Assembly (NCBI GenBank): GCA_026936335.1
Contig: JAPMXV010000041.1
Location: 1 to 64,000 of the forward strand
DNA: 64,000 bases
Source of the DNA: Mantamonas sphyraenae STR306
Taxonomy: Eukaryota; Protista; CRuMs
Reading direction: 5' to 3'
Part shown: piece after piece, positions 35,371-47,396 of the stretch
Position numbering within the stretch: position 1 is the first letter of the stretch
How the letters are laid out: every line of letters starts with the position of its first letter
Made by a program: the position numbers and the translations under genes
The notes under the pieces: model-generated
The model's input: only the letters and a program-made list of their open reading frames with translations
The model's database searches: none
Told to the model about the DNA's origin: nothing

Positions 35371-35437
35371 TTTGCTTGTTTGAATTGAGTCAAGCCGCGG
35401 CTTTGATTCCTGCGCGTCAACCTTTTCTTTTCACACA

Positions 35438-38400
35438 TCAATCGTCGCTAAAAGCCACATAGCCCTGCGCTTGCACATCGTCCAATTCCACAAAGCGATC
35501 CTTGCGTGGCCCACGCAGCTTCTTCCATGCAAAGAACCCTGCCACAAGCACGGCCAACGAGCCAGCTCCGATGCCGACCAATGTGCCCGTGTCCCCACCC
35601 AGCACATTGTTCCTGTTTGGTGTCCCTCCGTTGTTTGCGTCGCTGCCTCCGTTCTGGCTGTTGGATCCCCCTCCGCCGCCGCCGTTGTTCGGCGTGGGTG
35701 TTGCCGTCGGCGTCGATGTGGCTCCGGGTGTGGCTGTAGGCGTCGGTGTGGCTGTGGCTGTAGGTGTGGGTGTGGGTGTGGGCGTGCCCACAGCGGCGCG
35801 GCAGCCTTGCACAATGACACCGACCTTGCCACCGACCAACGGCGTACACATGCCCGTCTGCGCCACACTGACGTTGCAGTTGACACAGCCCGTATCGCAG
35901 TTGGACACTTGCACCGAGCCGTCGGGCATGCACGTCAGCTTGGACTTGCTCTGGATACACTCGCCCGACACCACCCGCGACGGCATCTGCAGAGAATCTT
36001 GCGATCCACATGCACCCAGCACATACGTGGCCACCACCGTGGCCTTGTGTGGATCCAGCGTGTACGGCGCACATGCAGCCATCTTCAGGTCAAGGGATCC
36101 GCCGCCGCCGCCGCCGCCGTTGTTCGGACACGTGTGCGACAGCTTGCTCTTGAACGCAGGTGGACCCGAGCAACTGTCACTCAGCCACACCTCCTGGTAG
36201 GCATCGCCCACCGAGTCGCAGCCCAACACCAGCGACACCTTGTCACCCGTCAGCGTGTCCGTGGTTGTGGCACACCCGGAAAAGTTCATGTAGCCGGACA
36301 TTTCGGTGTTGCAGTCGTCCTCCTTGACAAACAGGGGCACGTACGCAGGTCCCAAGGTGTTGCCTGGCGTGGGAGGCGGAGGCGGCACAGGCACATACGG
36401 CGTAAAGTTGGGCCAGTTCTGGCCACAGAGGCTGTTTTGCAGCACAATCTGACCCGAATCGTCCTGGCTGCTCGTGCATTGCGGATGGGTTGTGCTCACC
36501 ACCGCACCCGTGCAGTCGTTGTTGGCGTACGTCGTGATCACAGGCATCCGTGTGCCCTGGTCACACTGGTACTTGGTGCTCTGCGTACCCTGGCCCATAA
36601 CACACGTCGACGTGCGCCTCACCACCACCGAGTCTGACGTGTTGGCCGTCAGCTGCGAGCATGTCAGCGTGGCTCCCGGACGCACAAAGCGAGTCAGCTC
36701 CAGCACAACCTCGCCCTGCAGCGCCACATCGCGCAGGGTGCACACACTGCTCAGTTGTCCCCCATTTGGCTGCGCAGTGCACTGGGCATTGTTTGCGTAG
36801 AACTTGTTGTAGGTGCGTTGCGTGCATCGATCTGCACCCACCACTTGCTTGAAGTACGTGTACCGCGTCGTCTGCGGATCCATGCATTGGATCGATGCGT
36901 TGCCCGTCAGCGCCGAACAAAACTGTCCGTCCAGGCCCATGCCATACGACAATTGCGCCAGGTTGATGTTGTTTGCACCGGGCGAGCAGTCTTGTGTGAG
37001 GTACGTGGCCGTCACAGCTCCGTACACGTCGGCCTTGGGCACAAAGTGCGGTGTCATAAACGGCCAGTCGCGCCCACAGCGGTAGTGGGTCCTCGACGGC
37101 GCCCCGTTTGCACCCGTCCCTTGTTCGCACTCGTAGTACGTTGTCGCCACCGCCGTACCCGTGCATCCGGCCTGTGCGTACAGCGAACGCGACGCAAGGC
37201 CGTTTACACACGACCAGCGCACAAACCCGTCCGGATCGGCCATGCACTGGCCCGTTTTGTACACGGTTGCCGTGTCGTAGTTGAACGCATCCGCACGCAC
37301 GCCGTCACACGTGTCTGTGTTCATCAGGGTCAAGGCGGCCACCACTTCGCCTTCGATGCGTTCCTGCGTGCAGTCCTCCTCCAACAGGGTGCCCTGAGCG
37401 CCTGTCGTGCACATGGTGTTGCTGCTCTTGGTCGTCGACGTCGGCGTACCCGTGCACGAGGTGCCCGTGTACGTGCGCTTCACACGCACCCCACTGGACG
37501 ATACCGGGTCACACGTCGTCGTCATGCGCGTGTTGCCCGTGCCCGTGCACGCCGTGTACGAGTTGCTTCCGGGAAGGGACAGCTTGCGCACATCCCACGC
37601 CGTGCTGCACATGCCCGGCGTGTCGAAAAAGGTTTGCTTGGGCACGGGTCGCTGCATGGACACTGCCGGACGCAGGGGCAGGTTGCAGCCCACAATCTTG
37701 ATCGACGTGGGGCCGCCCGTGAACGAGGCGCACTTGCCAAACGGCACCGTGCCCAGATGCATGCAATCACAGCTCTGTGTGCAATTGTACACACGCACCG
37801 ACTGGGTCTGCAGGTCACATTCGTACTTTTGGCCGTGCGTACACACGCCCGCCTTGAAGTACATCTCTGCCCCCGAGTCGGCATCACACCCTTCCGTCGT
37901 GTGCGTCAGCACAGTCACCGTGTTGGCTTTCGTCACCGCTGGCGGCGTGCAAGACCACACCACGGCTCCGCATCCGTAGCCGTGCGGCAGATCTGTCTGC
38001 GTGTGCGACGCACCCGAGCAGTTGCGGTTGGCAAAGTTGAACACCTTTGGCACGCCGCCCATGCATCCTTGCACCTGCGAAAGGGTGTCGCTCATCGTTT
38101 CACACGCTGTGTTGCCAAACGAAATGACGGATGCTGGGTTCTGGCAGACCGGATCTGACGTCGGGTACACAGTGCGGTACATGGGCTCGATGTCCCAGCG
38201 CTCCACAGGCGGAGGGGGAGGCATGATACACTTGTGCACACGCAGCGTGGGGTTGGTCGACGCACACGTGCCGGGTGTCAGCAACGTCTCGTTGCAACGC
38301 ACGCAGCCCACGTCGCACTTGGACATGCCCACCGAGCCGTTCTGGTAGCAGTGCAGCTTGAGCTGCCCGCCGGCCGTGCAAGTGTCTGCCTGCACCAAAG

Positions 38401-41400
38401 ACGGAAAGCCGCCACCTGTGCAGGTGTCGCCAAAGTACAGATCCGCCACAGCAATGGGCTTGGTGTGATCCAGCGTCGGCGCTTCGCAGCTGTAGCTGCT
38501 TCCGCCAGCACACTTGGGCAATCTGCTGCTTCTGCGCAGGTGTACCCGTGCACGTGGACGTGGTCCACACCGACTGGAAGACGTTGCCGTTGGCATCACA
38601 CCCAAAGCTTGAATGCAAAGCTCCGGTCGCAACGCATTCCGTCGCGTTGACATATCCCGTGAGGGGGGACGAGCAGTCGGTGGAGTTTGTGCGGTACAAG
38701 ATGTACACCGGACCCATTTGCGGCTGGGGCGGGTTGATGGGCTCGCGAGGCACAAAGTTGGGCCAGTTGCTGCCACAGCGTGTTTTCTGGGTAAAGTAGG
38801 ACCCGTCATCCGTTGGGAGCTGCAGACACGACGGATAGTACGGTGTACTGGGACCGCTGCAGTCCTTGGTGGTGTAGGTGGCCACGGTGACCACGTTGGT
38901 GGTCGGGTCGCATGTGTAGATGGCCGAAAACTGCTGGGAGGGTCCGGCACACACTGTCCCGTGCGCACGACCTGCAGCACGTCTGTGTCGTTGTACTGTA
39001 TGCTGTCACACTGGATTGGTGCGCTTGATGGCGACTTGCGCGTGGCCACCACCACAAACTCGCCCTGCATCTGCACGTCGCGCAGATCGCATCGCGACTG
39101 GCGTTGTCCAATCCCTCCCGCGGAATAAGGCGTGCACGAGGGCGACGTTACCTCGGCCGTGACCGATGCAATCTTGCCCGAGCAGGTGTTGACGCCGTCA
39201 AACTCGTGGTACGACGTGGTCACCTGTGCATCCGGAGCCGCGCAGGCGTACGTTGCATTTGGCGGAGCTGCATTGAGGCACTGGAAGCGTCCATAGCCCA
39301 CTGAGTACTGCAGCATGTTGATGCCATCGTAGTTGGTGCCGTCGGAGCAGGTGTTGCTGCTGTGCGTGGAGACAACGACGTTCCAAGTGTCGGAAATGGC
39401 GACGCCATCCGAGTTTGCATCGGGAGTGAACAGAGGCCAATCTGTGCCGCACTGGCTCAGCGAGTTGCCCTTTTCGCCCGCACCGTATGAATCGACGTCA
39501 CACCTGGCAAGCTGGACGACGTGGGCTGTGAGCAGGTGGCGTCCGCAAACAGCGTCATTGAGGGGATGCCGCTCTTGCAGGACCACTTCATCCACTGGCC
39601 CAGGTCGTTGGCCACACACTTGTTCTGCGCATACACTTTGGCCGTGTCGTACGACCAGGGAGAGAGACCGTCGCACGAGTCGGATTGGCGCCTGGACATG
39701 GTGGCCACGACGGGACCCGAGATGGAGAGGTCGTCGCGACAGTCCAGACCCACATATTTGGTTCCCGGAGACGTGTTGCATGTGACGTCCGCGTCCTTTG
39801 TGGTGAAGCTTGCAGGCACGGAGCAGTTGGGAGCGTTGTACGTGGTTGTAACACGCGTGTGCGAGGTGGTCCAGTCGCATGTATCTGTGCTGCGTGTGTT
39901 GCCACTGCCACTGCAAAAGGTGTAGTCGTTGCTGCCTGTGTATCGCATGAATGCCACGTCCCAGTCGTTGGAGCATGTGGGTGCTGTGCCATAGTACGTG
40001 TACTTGGGCACGGGTTTCTGACGAAGCGGAGGCGTGCGCATAGGCACGTCGCAGCCATGAAACTTGATGCCCGGCGGTCCTGTGGGGAAAGTGGAGCACT
40101 TGCCCTTTTCGAGAACGCCCACCAAATTGCAGTCGGTGCAGGATGTGGTGCAGTTGTACACGTTCAACCGCTTGCTATCCGCGGAGCAGGTGTACTTGAC
40201 GCCCGTGCCGGGGATACACTGGTCGTGCACTGAGTACAGGTCGGTACCTTTGCCCGTGGTGCACGCGGCATCCTGGAAGGTTTCCAACTGCACCGAGTTG
40301 GTCGCGGGAATTGCCGGTGGTGTGCAGCTATACATACGCCCTGCGTTGCAGCCAGACGGGACGGGGGTGGTCATTATCGACGGTCCCGTGCAGTTTTCGT
40401 TGTCAAACATCAGCCTGCGGCCAGTACGTGTTTGCGGCGGACGTGAACGCAAAAGGTGAGTGATCCTTCCGGAGAAAAAAAAGTGTGCACGCGACATGCG
40501 CGAGCTCGTTTTCGCGCACGCACGGCCTGTGCGGGATCCAAAATGCGAATGGGAAAATAGAAAACGCAAGTCATAGGCGCGGGGTCAACGTACGAGACGG
40601 CCGTGTTGTTCATGCAGCCGTAGATGGCGGACTTTGTGGGTCCAGCAAAGACGCAGAGCGACGTTTCCATAGTTGACGGAGGCTGTGGGGTTTGCGCAGG
40701 TCGGATCGTTGGAGAACGTGTAGTACATGGGCTTGGGTTCAAAGTTGCGCGGTTTGACGACGTTGACGGGCGGTGTGGGCACAAAGTTGGGCCAGTTCTG
40801 GCCGCACATCCCAATTTGGACGCCAGTGAGCTTGCGGCCGTACTTGTTGGTGTTCTCGGCATTCTGGCACGAGCCCAGGGGAGAGGTGCTGATGACTGTG
40901 CCTGAGCAGTCGCGAGAAGCATAGGCAGTCAAGGTAGGGCTGCCGTTGGTACATGTGGCCTTCTGGGAGTAGGTAGGTGCGAGGATGATGCACTTTCCCA
41001 CGACATACACGTCCAGGTTGTCGCGGTGGGTTGCATCATGCCCGTGCAGGTTGTGGCGCCACCCCACTTACCTGCCACGACGACAACCTCGCCCGTGATG
41101 GCCGGGGGCGAGCACACATTGGCTGCAGTGTGCTGCGTGCCGTCACCCGAGGCGAAACACTGGCCGTTGGGGCTGGTGTAGTTCTGAGCGAACGTGGGCA
41201 TTCCCGAGCACGCGTCGTTTGTGTACGTGGTCTGCGTCATGATGGTTGGCGTGGGACACATGGTGGTCTGGTTCGACGAGTAGGAGCAGGCCGTAAACGT
41301 TGGCGAAGAGTCTTGCGAGATCTTCACCACGTCGGCTGCGTTGTTCGTGCATGCTGTCGCACTGTCATACACAACCACGGAAGCGGACTCAATGCACAAT

Positions 41401-41447
41401 GCATACGCAATACACGCTGCAAGCACGAACAGCGAGATTCTCCGCAT
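35438..41447 (-). CDS. Large Cys/Thr-rich type-I membrane surface protein (~1940 aa) with repeated modules; one intron (40593-40415) and five reading-frame breaks
   Basis: Signal peptide MRRISLFVLAACIAYALC; repeats ending CG.[ND]WP.F.P; PT-rich stalk; TM LVGIGAGSLAVLVAGFFAW. Repeat homology continues across frame changes near 41038, 40657, 39507, 38941 and 38508. Confidence 0.78.
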
Positions 41448-41688
41448 GGTTTCGATGTGGTCGTGGTGGCGCACGCGTGCCTCCATTCTACAGGAGACAT
41501 GCAAAACACATGCCATGTACCCTCACCCAGCCATCTCATCCACTGTGTGTGTCCACACACACAAACACACAGTCTGTGCACGTGCGCCAGGTCGTCCACA
41601 CCTTTTCAAAAAAACCAAGAACCCCAAACCCACCCAAACTCCAGACCCTTTTCCGCACCCCAACACGGCAGCAAGAACCAAAAAAAGA

Positions 41689-42716
41689 ATGACCAACCGA
41701 TTTGCATTTGTGTTTGTGGCCGTGCTTGCATGCCTGTTGGCGCTTGCACACGCTGAGGAGGCTGCCATCGCCGCTCCGGTGGTGACGGCCAGCATTGCAG
41801 CAGTGGAGACGCCCGTGCAGGAGCAGGAGGCACCGGTGGAGGAGAAGCAGCAAGAGCAAGCCCCGCAAGAAGCTGTGGCCGACGAGCAGGTGCAGGACAA
41901 GCCCGAGCAGGACGATGTTTCGGCGTCCTCGGAGACGGATTCCGAGGTTCGAGACGCAGGCATCATTCCTGGCGACGTTTTGCATCGCCACCACCACCGT
42001 CCCGCTTCGCGTCCCATGTTCCGTGCCCCTTGCCGTTCTCACTACCGATCGTACCGACCCAGCTACTTCCGCTATGTGAAGGACAGCGACAGCGACAGCG
42101 ATAGCGACAGCGACAGCGACAGCGAAAGCGAAAGCGAGGGTAGGTCGAAAAGAAGGGGGGTGCCAAAATCGAACATGCGCGCGAAACGGACACGCGCCCC
42201 TCCATCCGCAAGGTCACATCGCCCGCACGCCACTCACCCTGTGTCCTATCCACCACCATTTCCACCCATCGCTACCATCTCCACCCCGTGTACAGTCCAA
42301 GATAGCGCACGCGGACGCGGTTCGTCCTCTCGCGGTTCGTCCTCCCGCGGCTCCCGCTCGCGTGGACGCAGCAGCAGCCGAGGAGGCCGCAGCTGTGGCA
42401 GCCGCAGCGAGGAAGCCGCAGCTATGGCCGTCGCAGCTATGGTGGCCGTCGCAGCTATGGTGGCCGCCGCAGCTATGGTGGCCGCCGCAGCTATGGCACC
42501 CGCGGATATCGCAGCCGAGGCTATGGCAGCCGCAGCTATGGCACCCGAGGCTACAACAACCGAGGCTATGGCCGTCGCAGCCGTGACTATGCCGGGATCA
42601 GCGGCTGGTTCGGCATTGGCGATCAGGACAGCGACAGCGACGAGGACAACGAAGCCAACCTGCAGAACCAAATGGCAGAGCTGATGCACACGCTGCAACA
42701 GAGCATTGAGCAATGA
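41689..42716 (+). CDS. Secreted precursor with acidic spacers and Arg/Ser/Gly/Tyr-rich repeats (GRRSY); intron 42140-42295; frame break at ~42408
   Basis: Signal peptide MTNRFAFVFVAVLACLLALAHA. After 42408 the repeat reads GSRSYGRRSYGGRRSY.. to TGA 42716 in the -1 frame. Confidence 0.72.
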
Positions 42717-42815
42717 AAAGAAGCCATGCGTTGATTCATCCCCCAACCCCCCACCTCCCCCTGCCTTTTCCCCTTCGGGGCCGAAACACCGCCATCGGAC
42801 GCACACCCATCACCA

Positions 42816-44090
42816 TCACACTCCAGGGAGCACCTCGTGGACAACCAAACTGCGGCATAGGTCGCGCAGAGAGTCGATGATGCGAGCGTACATCTTTGGG
42901 CTGGTGACACTGCGGGCAATGTTGTGGTGCAGCTCAAAGGGATCCTCGACGGCCATGAGCTTGTGGCCCCATCCTTTGGCCTGCTTACGCAGGAGGCGGT
43001 TGTGGCGCACGCTAATGGCCCACTGTTGCCAATCAAACACAAAGCCAAAGTAGTGGCTCCAACGGAGAAGCAGCTCGGCCACGGACATGGTGTTCTGCGA
43101 CTGCCACTGATTGGGTTGCATGGGCGCAAACCACACATCGAAGCTAGACTGGTCTTGGAACACGCGGTGCGAGGGACGCATGGCCTCATGCGGCTGCTCC
43201 TGTCCATAGCCATCCATGAGTTGGAGGCATGGAAGCACGCTGGGTTGGGTGTTCATGAGAAAGAACAGCAGGAGGCACACCAGACAATACGAGGACAGGC
43301 CACCGTTGCTGGCGTCGTTGATCCCCTGTGCCTTGGCCCATATTTTGACGAGGAGCACCAAGGGACGCACGCGGTCGTCCAGGGCCCGGTAGGTGGCCAG
43401 CAGTTCCGAGTTGTATAGGGAGAGCACGTTCGACACGCTGATATCCACCTCCATGCCTGCACAATCCAGTTTGACGATAGGCACGGTGGCATGTGCACGT
43501 GTTTCCAACACCGAGCACCACATCTGCCGATCCATCTTGTGTGCCACTCGGTACACCTCGCTCTTTCGCTTCGACTGCAGCTTCTTCTTGGGTCCCGCCA
43601 CAAGCGTGGGGATCACCATACACACGTCCATGTCACTGCTCTTGCTGCTCAGCAGTGTGCGTGCCGACCCAAACACCTCCACCACACCTCCCTGCAGCCA
43701 GCGTCCTGCCAACGCCCCTCGTAACTTGGCCAACACACGCCCACGCTCCGCCATTGCCTCTTCGTCCACCTCCTCCTCGCCCAACTGCAGCACAAGGTTG
43801 CGTTGTATCCTTTCCAGCGCCACTGCATTGTCCATGCGTGCAGCGCCCAGGTTGCGACGCCGCCTGCGGTCGCCCGTCAGCTGAAAGCGCGGCATCCGCT
43901 CTTCCAACAACGACACCTGCGGCGTCTGCTTGCCACGCGGCATCTGCTGCACGTGCGCATGGGACGACGACGTGCCGTGTGCAAACACACAGCGTGAGCC
44001 ACGCGGGCAGCTGCCCTTCATGACAAACTCAAGGCACCGCATTTGTTTGCGACGGGCGTTTTGCGATGGCTGCCCCAGCGCATTTCTCAT
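42816..44090 (-). CDS. Cid1/TUT7-type terminal uridylyltransferase with N-terminal CCCH zinc finger
   Basis: C..C..C..H finger; FGS..SDMD catalytic motif; VKIWAK..INDAS.GGLSSY; EDPFELHHN (His typical of UTP-selective enzymes). Confidence 0.88.
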   Translation of the reverse strand: MRNALGQPSQNARRKQMRCLEFVMKGSCPRGSRCVFAHGTSSSHAHVQQMPRGKQTPQVSLLEERMPRFQLTGDRRRRRNLGAARMDNAVALERIQRNLVLQLGEEEVDEEAMAERGRVLAKLRGALAGRWLQGGVVEVFGSARTLLSSKSSDMDVCMVIPTLVAGPKKKLQSKRKSEVYRVAHKMDRQMWCSVLETRAHATVPIVKLDCAGMEVDISVSNVLSLYNSELLATYRALDDRVRPLVLLVKIWAKAQGINDASNGGLSSYCLVCLLLFFLMNTQPSVLPCLQLMDGYGQEQPHEAMRPSHRVFQDQSSFDVWFAPMQPNQWQSQNTMSVAELLLRWSHYFGFVFDWQQWAISVRHNRLLRKQAKGWGHKLMAVEDPFELHHNIARSVTSPKMYARIIDSLRDLCRSLVVHEVLPGV

Positions 44091-44095
44091 TCATC

Positions 44096-45964
44096 ATGAC
44101 ACAACAAAACACACAGGCCACGCAGCAGGCCACGCAAGAGTTGAATGAGGACGAGATGAACGAAACACCGGTGGAACGAAGCTATTGGGGCCAGCTGGCG
44201 TCGTTGACTGGGGTGGGCCCGAGCATCAACCTGGAAGGTGACAAACCCATCACCTTTGGCCGCCAGAGCACCTGTGATCACACATTTACGCACGATGGAC
44301 GCATCAGTGGCGTCCATTGTGTCATAGAACGGGTGCTAGCTGACGGCATGTATGACGTGTTTGTGACGGACAAGAGCTCCAATGGCACCTTTGTCAACGG
44401 CGAGCGCGTCGGCAAGGGCAACCGCTCCCTCCTTCGCCATTCCGACCGCATCACATTCATTGTGGCCGACCCCCCCAAGGACTCCAGCAAGTCTGAAAAG
44501 AAACGTACGTGCCGTGTCGCCGCTCACAACCAACTGCCCTTGCGTTCCCGACACCTCGTTTTCCGCCCTTCCCACCCATGCCCGCGCATCATCCCACTGC
44601 CTACCAGCATGTCTGAATGTCGTGTGCACCACGTGTGCACGCATGTGTTTGCTGTTATGAATGCATGCTGGGTGTCTGTGGTTGTGTGTGTGTGCGTCCT
44701 GCGTCCAGTTGTGCCGACCCTCTGCGTTCAGCGGCTGACGTGCGCTCATCGCTCGCCTCTCTTTTGTGCTCACCTTTGTGCTTGTGCATGTTGCTCACCG
44801 CCTACAACTCCCTCCTCCCCCCCTCCCCCCTCATCCCCCCTTGCACACACAGACATGACGGTTGCGTACATGTACCTGGACCCCGAGGTGGTGGAAGGCG
44901 GAGGCAAGGGCGACGCGCTGTCACGGGACTATGACATCAGGGAGACTCTGGGAAGTGGCAACTTTTCCGTGGTCAAACTGGGTGTGGACCGACGCACGGG
45001 CCAAAAGGTGGCCGTAAAGATCATTGAGAAGAAGAGCAACCAGAACGCCAAGTTTGCCAAGGCGCTGAAGGACGAGGTGGACATCCTGACGGAACTCAAC
45101 CATCCCAACATCATCACCATTTATCGGACGTACGACACGGAACGGTGTCTGTACCTTGTGCTGGAGCTGGTGGGCGGCGGCGAGCTGTTTGACTCGATCA
45201 TCGACAAGGGCCACTACAGCGAGTATGACGCGCGTGTGCTCTTCCGCCAGATGGCAGAGGCCATCAAGTACATGCATGACAAGGAGATCATCCACAGGGA
45301 CTTGAAGCCAGACAACATCCTGCTGTCGTCCAAGGCCGACGACGCCGTGGTGAAGATCAGCGACTTTGGTCTGGCACGCACCGTTGGCGACAGCAGCGCC
45401 ACCACCTTTTGCGGCACCCCGCAGTATCTTGCGCCCGAGGTGCTCACCGACGACTCGTACGGCAAGCCGTGTGACATCTGGAGCCTGGGGGTCATCCTGT
45501 ATATCCTGCTGAGCGGTCTGCACCCGTTCACCAAGGCCTTTGAGTCGAGCGTGACGGAACTGTTCAAGCAAATCAAAAAGGCCGAGTTTAGCTTTGAGTA
45601 CGACGCATGGAAGGAGATCAGCGACGAGGCCAAGAATCTGGTGTCGGCCATGATGACGGTCGATCCTGAAGAACGACTGACCATCGACCAGGTGATGACG
45701 CACGACTGGATGGTGGCGGCCAACCCGTCGCAGAACGCCCTCAAGAGCTTCCGCAGCAACATGATGCAATCGTTCCGTGGCAGTTTGCAGGCCCTGTTGG
45801 ACAGTGAGGACGAAACCATCCCGGCGGCGGCCAACGCAGACAAGAAGGGCAAGAAGCGACAGCTGGAAGAGGCCGCAGAGGAGGCTGTGGCCGAGGTGGA
45901 GGCTGAAACAACTCAGGAGGAAGATGAACCAGAGAAGAAGCGACAGCGAGTGTCCAAGGAATGA
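44096..45964 (+). CDS. CHEK2: Chk2/Rad53-like checkpoint kinase (TQ cluster, FHA, kinase); exons 44096-44504, 44853-45964
   Basis: MTQQNTQATQQATQE; FHA (FGRQ..ISGVHC..D.SSNGTFVNG); kinase HRDLKPDN, DFG, CGTPQYLAPE. Confidence 0.88.
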   Translation: MTQQNTQATQQATQELNEDEMNETPVERSYWGQLASLTGVGPSINLEGDKPITFGRQSTCDHTFTHDGRISGVHCVIERVLADGMYDVFVTDKSSNGTFVNGERVGKGNRSLLRHSDRITFIVADPPKDSSKSEKKRTCRVAAHNQLPLRSRHLVFRPSHPCPRIIPLPTSMSECRVHHVCTHVFAVMNACWVSVVVCVCVLRPVVPTLCVQRLTCAHRSPLFCAHLCACACCSPPTTPSSPPPPSSPLAHTDMTVAYMYLDPEVVEGGGKGDALSRDYDIRETLGSGNFSVVKLGVDRRTGQKVAVKIIEKKSNQNAKFAKALKDEVDILTELNHPNIITIYRTYDTERCLYLVLELVGGGELFDSIIDKGHYSEYDARVLFRQMAEAIKYMHDKEIIHRDLKPDNILLSSKADDAVVKISDFGLARTVGDSSATTFCGTPQYLAPEVLTDDSYGKPCDIWSLGVILYILLSGLHPFTKAFESSVTELFKQIKKAEFSFEYDAWKEISDEAKNLVSAMMTVDPEERLTIDQVMTHDWMVAANPSQNALKSFRSNMMQSFRGSLQALLDSEDETIPAAANADKKGKKRQLEEAAEEAVAEVEAETTQEEDEPEKKRQRVSKE

Positions 45965-45984
45965 ACCGGTGTACGTTGTTGTTA

Positions 45985-47287
45985 TCATGCAGAGGCAAAC
46001 ACTTGCGTGAGTTTGGCTGCCACGTCGAGCAGTTGCAGCTCTTCGTCGGCGCCGTCGTTGAGGACGCCATCGGCTTTGGCAAGGGCCATGGCAATGGCAC
46101 TCTTTTGCAGATCGTCGAGGTTGTCCGCTTCGATGACGGCGTCGTGCAGGTGTGCGATGACGAGTTGCGCAGAGTAGCCGTCGGCAATGATGTCCTCCAC
46201 CTGCTCCTGGGTCTTGCTGAATGAGCCCGTGCTAGCGGCGTCGAGGAGGGCGGTGACACGGTCGGCAGGCAGGACGCCGGCCAGTTCGATCACGTCATCG
46301 CTGCTCACCTCGCTGCCGTACAGGTTTGTGCAGGACTGGAGCAGGGTGACGGCACGGCGCATATCGCCCTCAGACAGGTCCACCATGGTTTCCAGCACAT
46401 CGTCCTCCAGGCTCAGATCCTCCTGCTGACAGATGGTCTTGAGGCGCTCGACCTGCTGGGCGCGAGCCAGGGGCTTGAAGCGGAATTTGACACAGCGGCT
46501 TGCGAGGGGGTCGGTGATGCGACTGACGTAGTTGCAGACCAAACAGAAGCGTGTGACTTTGGAATGGGTTTCCATGCTTCGACGCATGGCGTCCTGGGCC
46601 GAGGCGGTCATGGAGTCCGCCTCGTCGAGGATGATCAGCTTGTACGGTGGCGACGGGTAGCCGTCCGCCTTTTCGTGGCCCACAGCCGTGCTGGCAAAGT
46701 AGTTGATGGTGTCACGCACCGTGCTGATGCCCCTTTCGTCCGATGCGTTCAGTTCCTTCACGCGCGACTCAAACAGTTCCGGTCCGTACATGTCCCGGGC
46801 CGCCGCCAGGATGGTCGACGTCTTGCCCACGCCTGCCGGGCCGTAAAACAGCAGATGCGGAAGGTTGGAGCTCTCGATGGCGCTTTTCAGCGTTGCCACA
46901 ATCTCGTCCTGGTCCACCACATCGGTGATGGTCTTTGGTCGGCTGTGTGGGCGTGGCAAAAAGGGGAGGGCAAAAGCGCGTGTGAGCGATTGAGCGATTG
47001 CTGATCAGGCTCGGGAGGTTCAGCCTCTTTTTTGGCTTCACGCCACGCAGCCACACGCAATGCAGGAGATGCTGGACAGTGCCCCAGGACACAGGTGGGC
47101 GACGTTGGTCATGTGCATCCCATCCACGTGTGTGCACACAGCTGGCCGCTGGAAAGGCAGGCAGCTCCACGTACTATTTCTCAACCCAAGGCTTGCTCTT
47201 GCGAGATGCACCCTGGACATCGCTGCTGCTGCTGCTGCTTGTAATCTCCTCCTCCATGCTGCTGCTGCTACTGCTGCTGCTGGACAT
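45985..47287 (-). CDS. RFC4: Replication factor C small subunit (human RFC4/yeast Rfc2); exons 47287-47175, 46942-45985
   Basis: PWVEKYRPK across the intron; LPHLLFYGPAGVGKT; ELNASDERG; IILDEADSMT; SRC motif. Confidence 0.93.
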
Positions 47288-47396
47288 GGGTGTGGTTGTG
47301 TGTGTGTGTGTTCGGCACTTGTGCTGGGGGCAACCGTGCGTGCGCGGGTTCCTCGCTGCGCACTGTGGCCGCCAGCCCAAAAACCACCCCACTCTG

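Noticed and set aside
41065-41071. Perfect GTAAGT donor that might explain the first frame break
   Set aside because: The nearest AG (AAAG) gives the wrong frame, and the skipped sequence encodes a Cys conserved in the other repeats.
42409-42684. AAAMAVAAM hydrophobic repeat in the ORF-track translation
   Set aside because: Wrong frame; the -1 frame continues the preceding RS/RG repeats and ends in a sensible acidic tail.
42816-44090. Functional linkage of the TUTase to the histone cluster
   Set aside because: About 10 kb away with unrelated genes between; proximity in a eukaryote is not evidence.
44505-44852. Apparent Cys-rich insertion in Chk2 (similar cases in eIF3c, STT3, BCAS3)
   Set aside because: In-frame or read-through GT-AG introns with TG/CA microsatellites.
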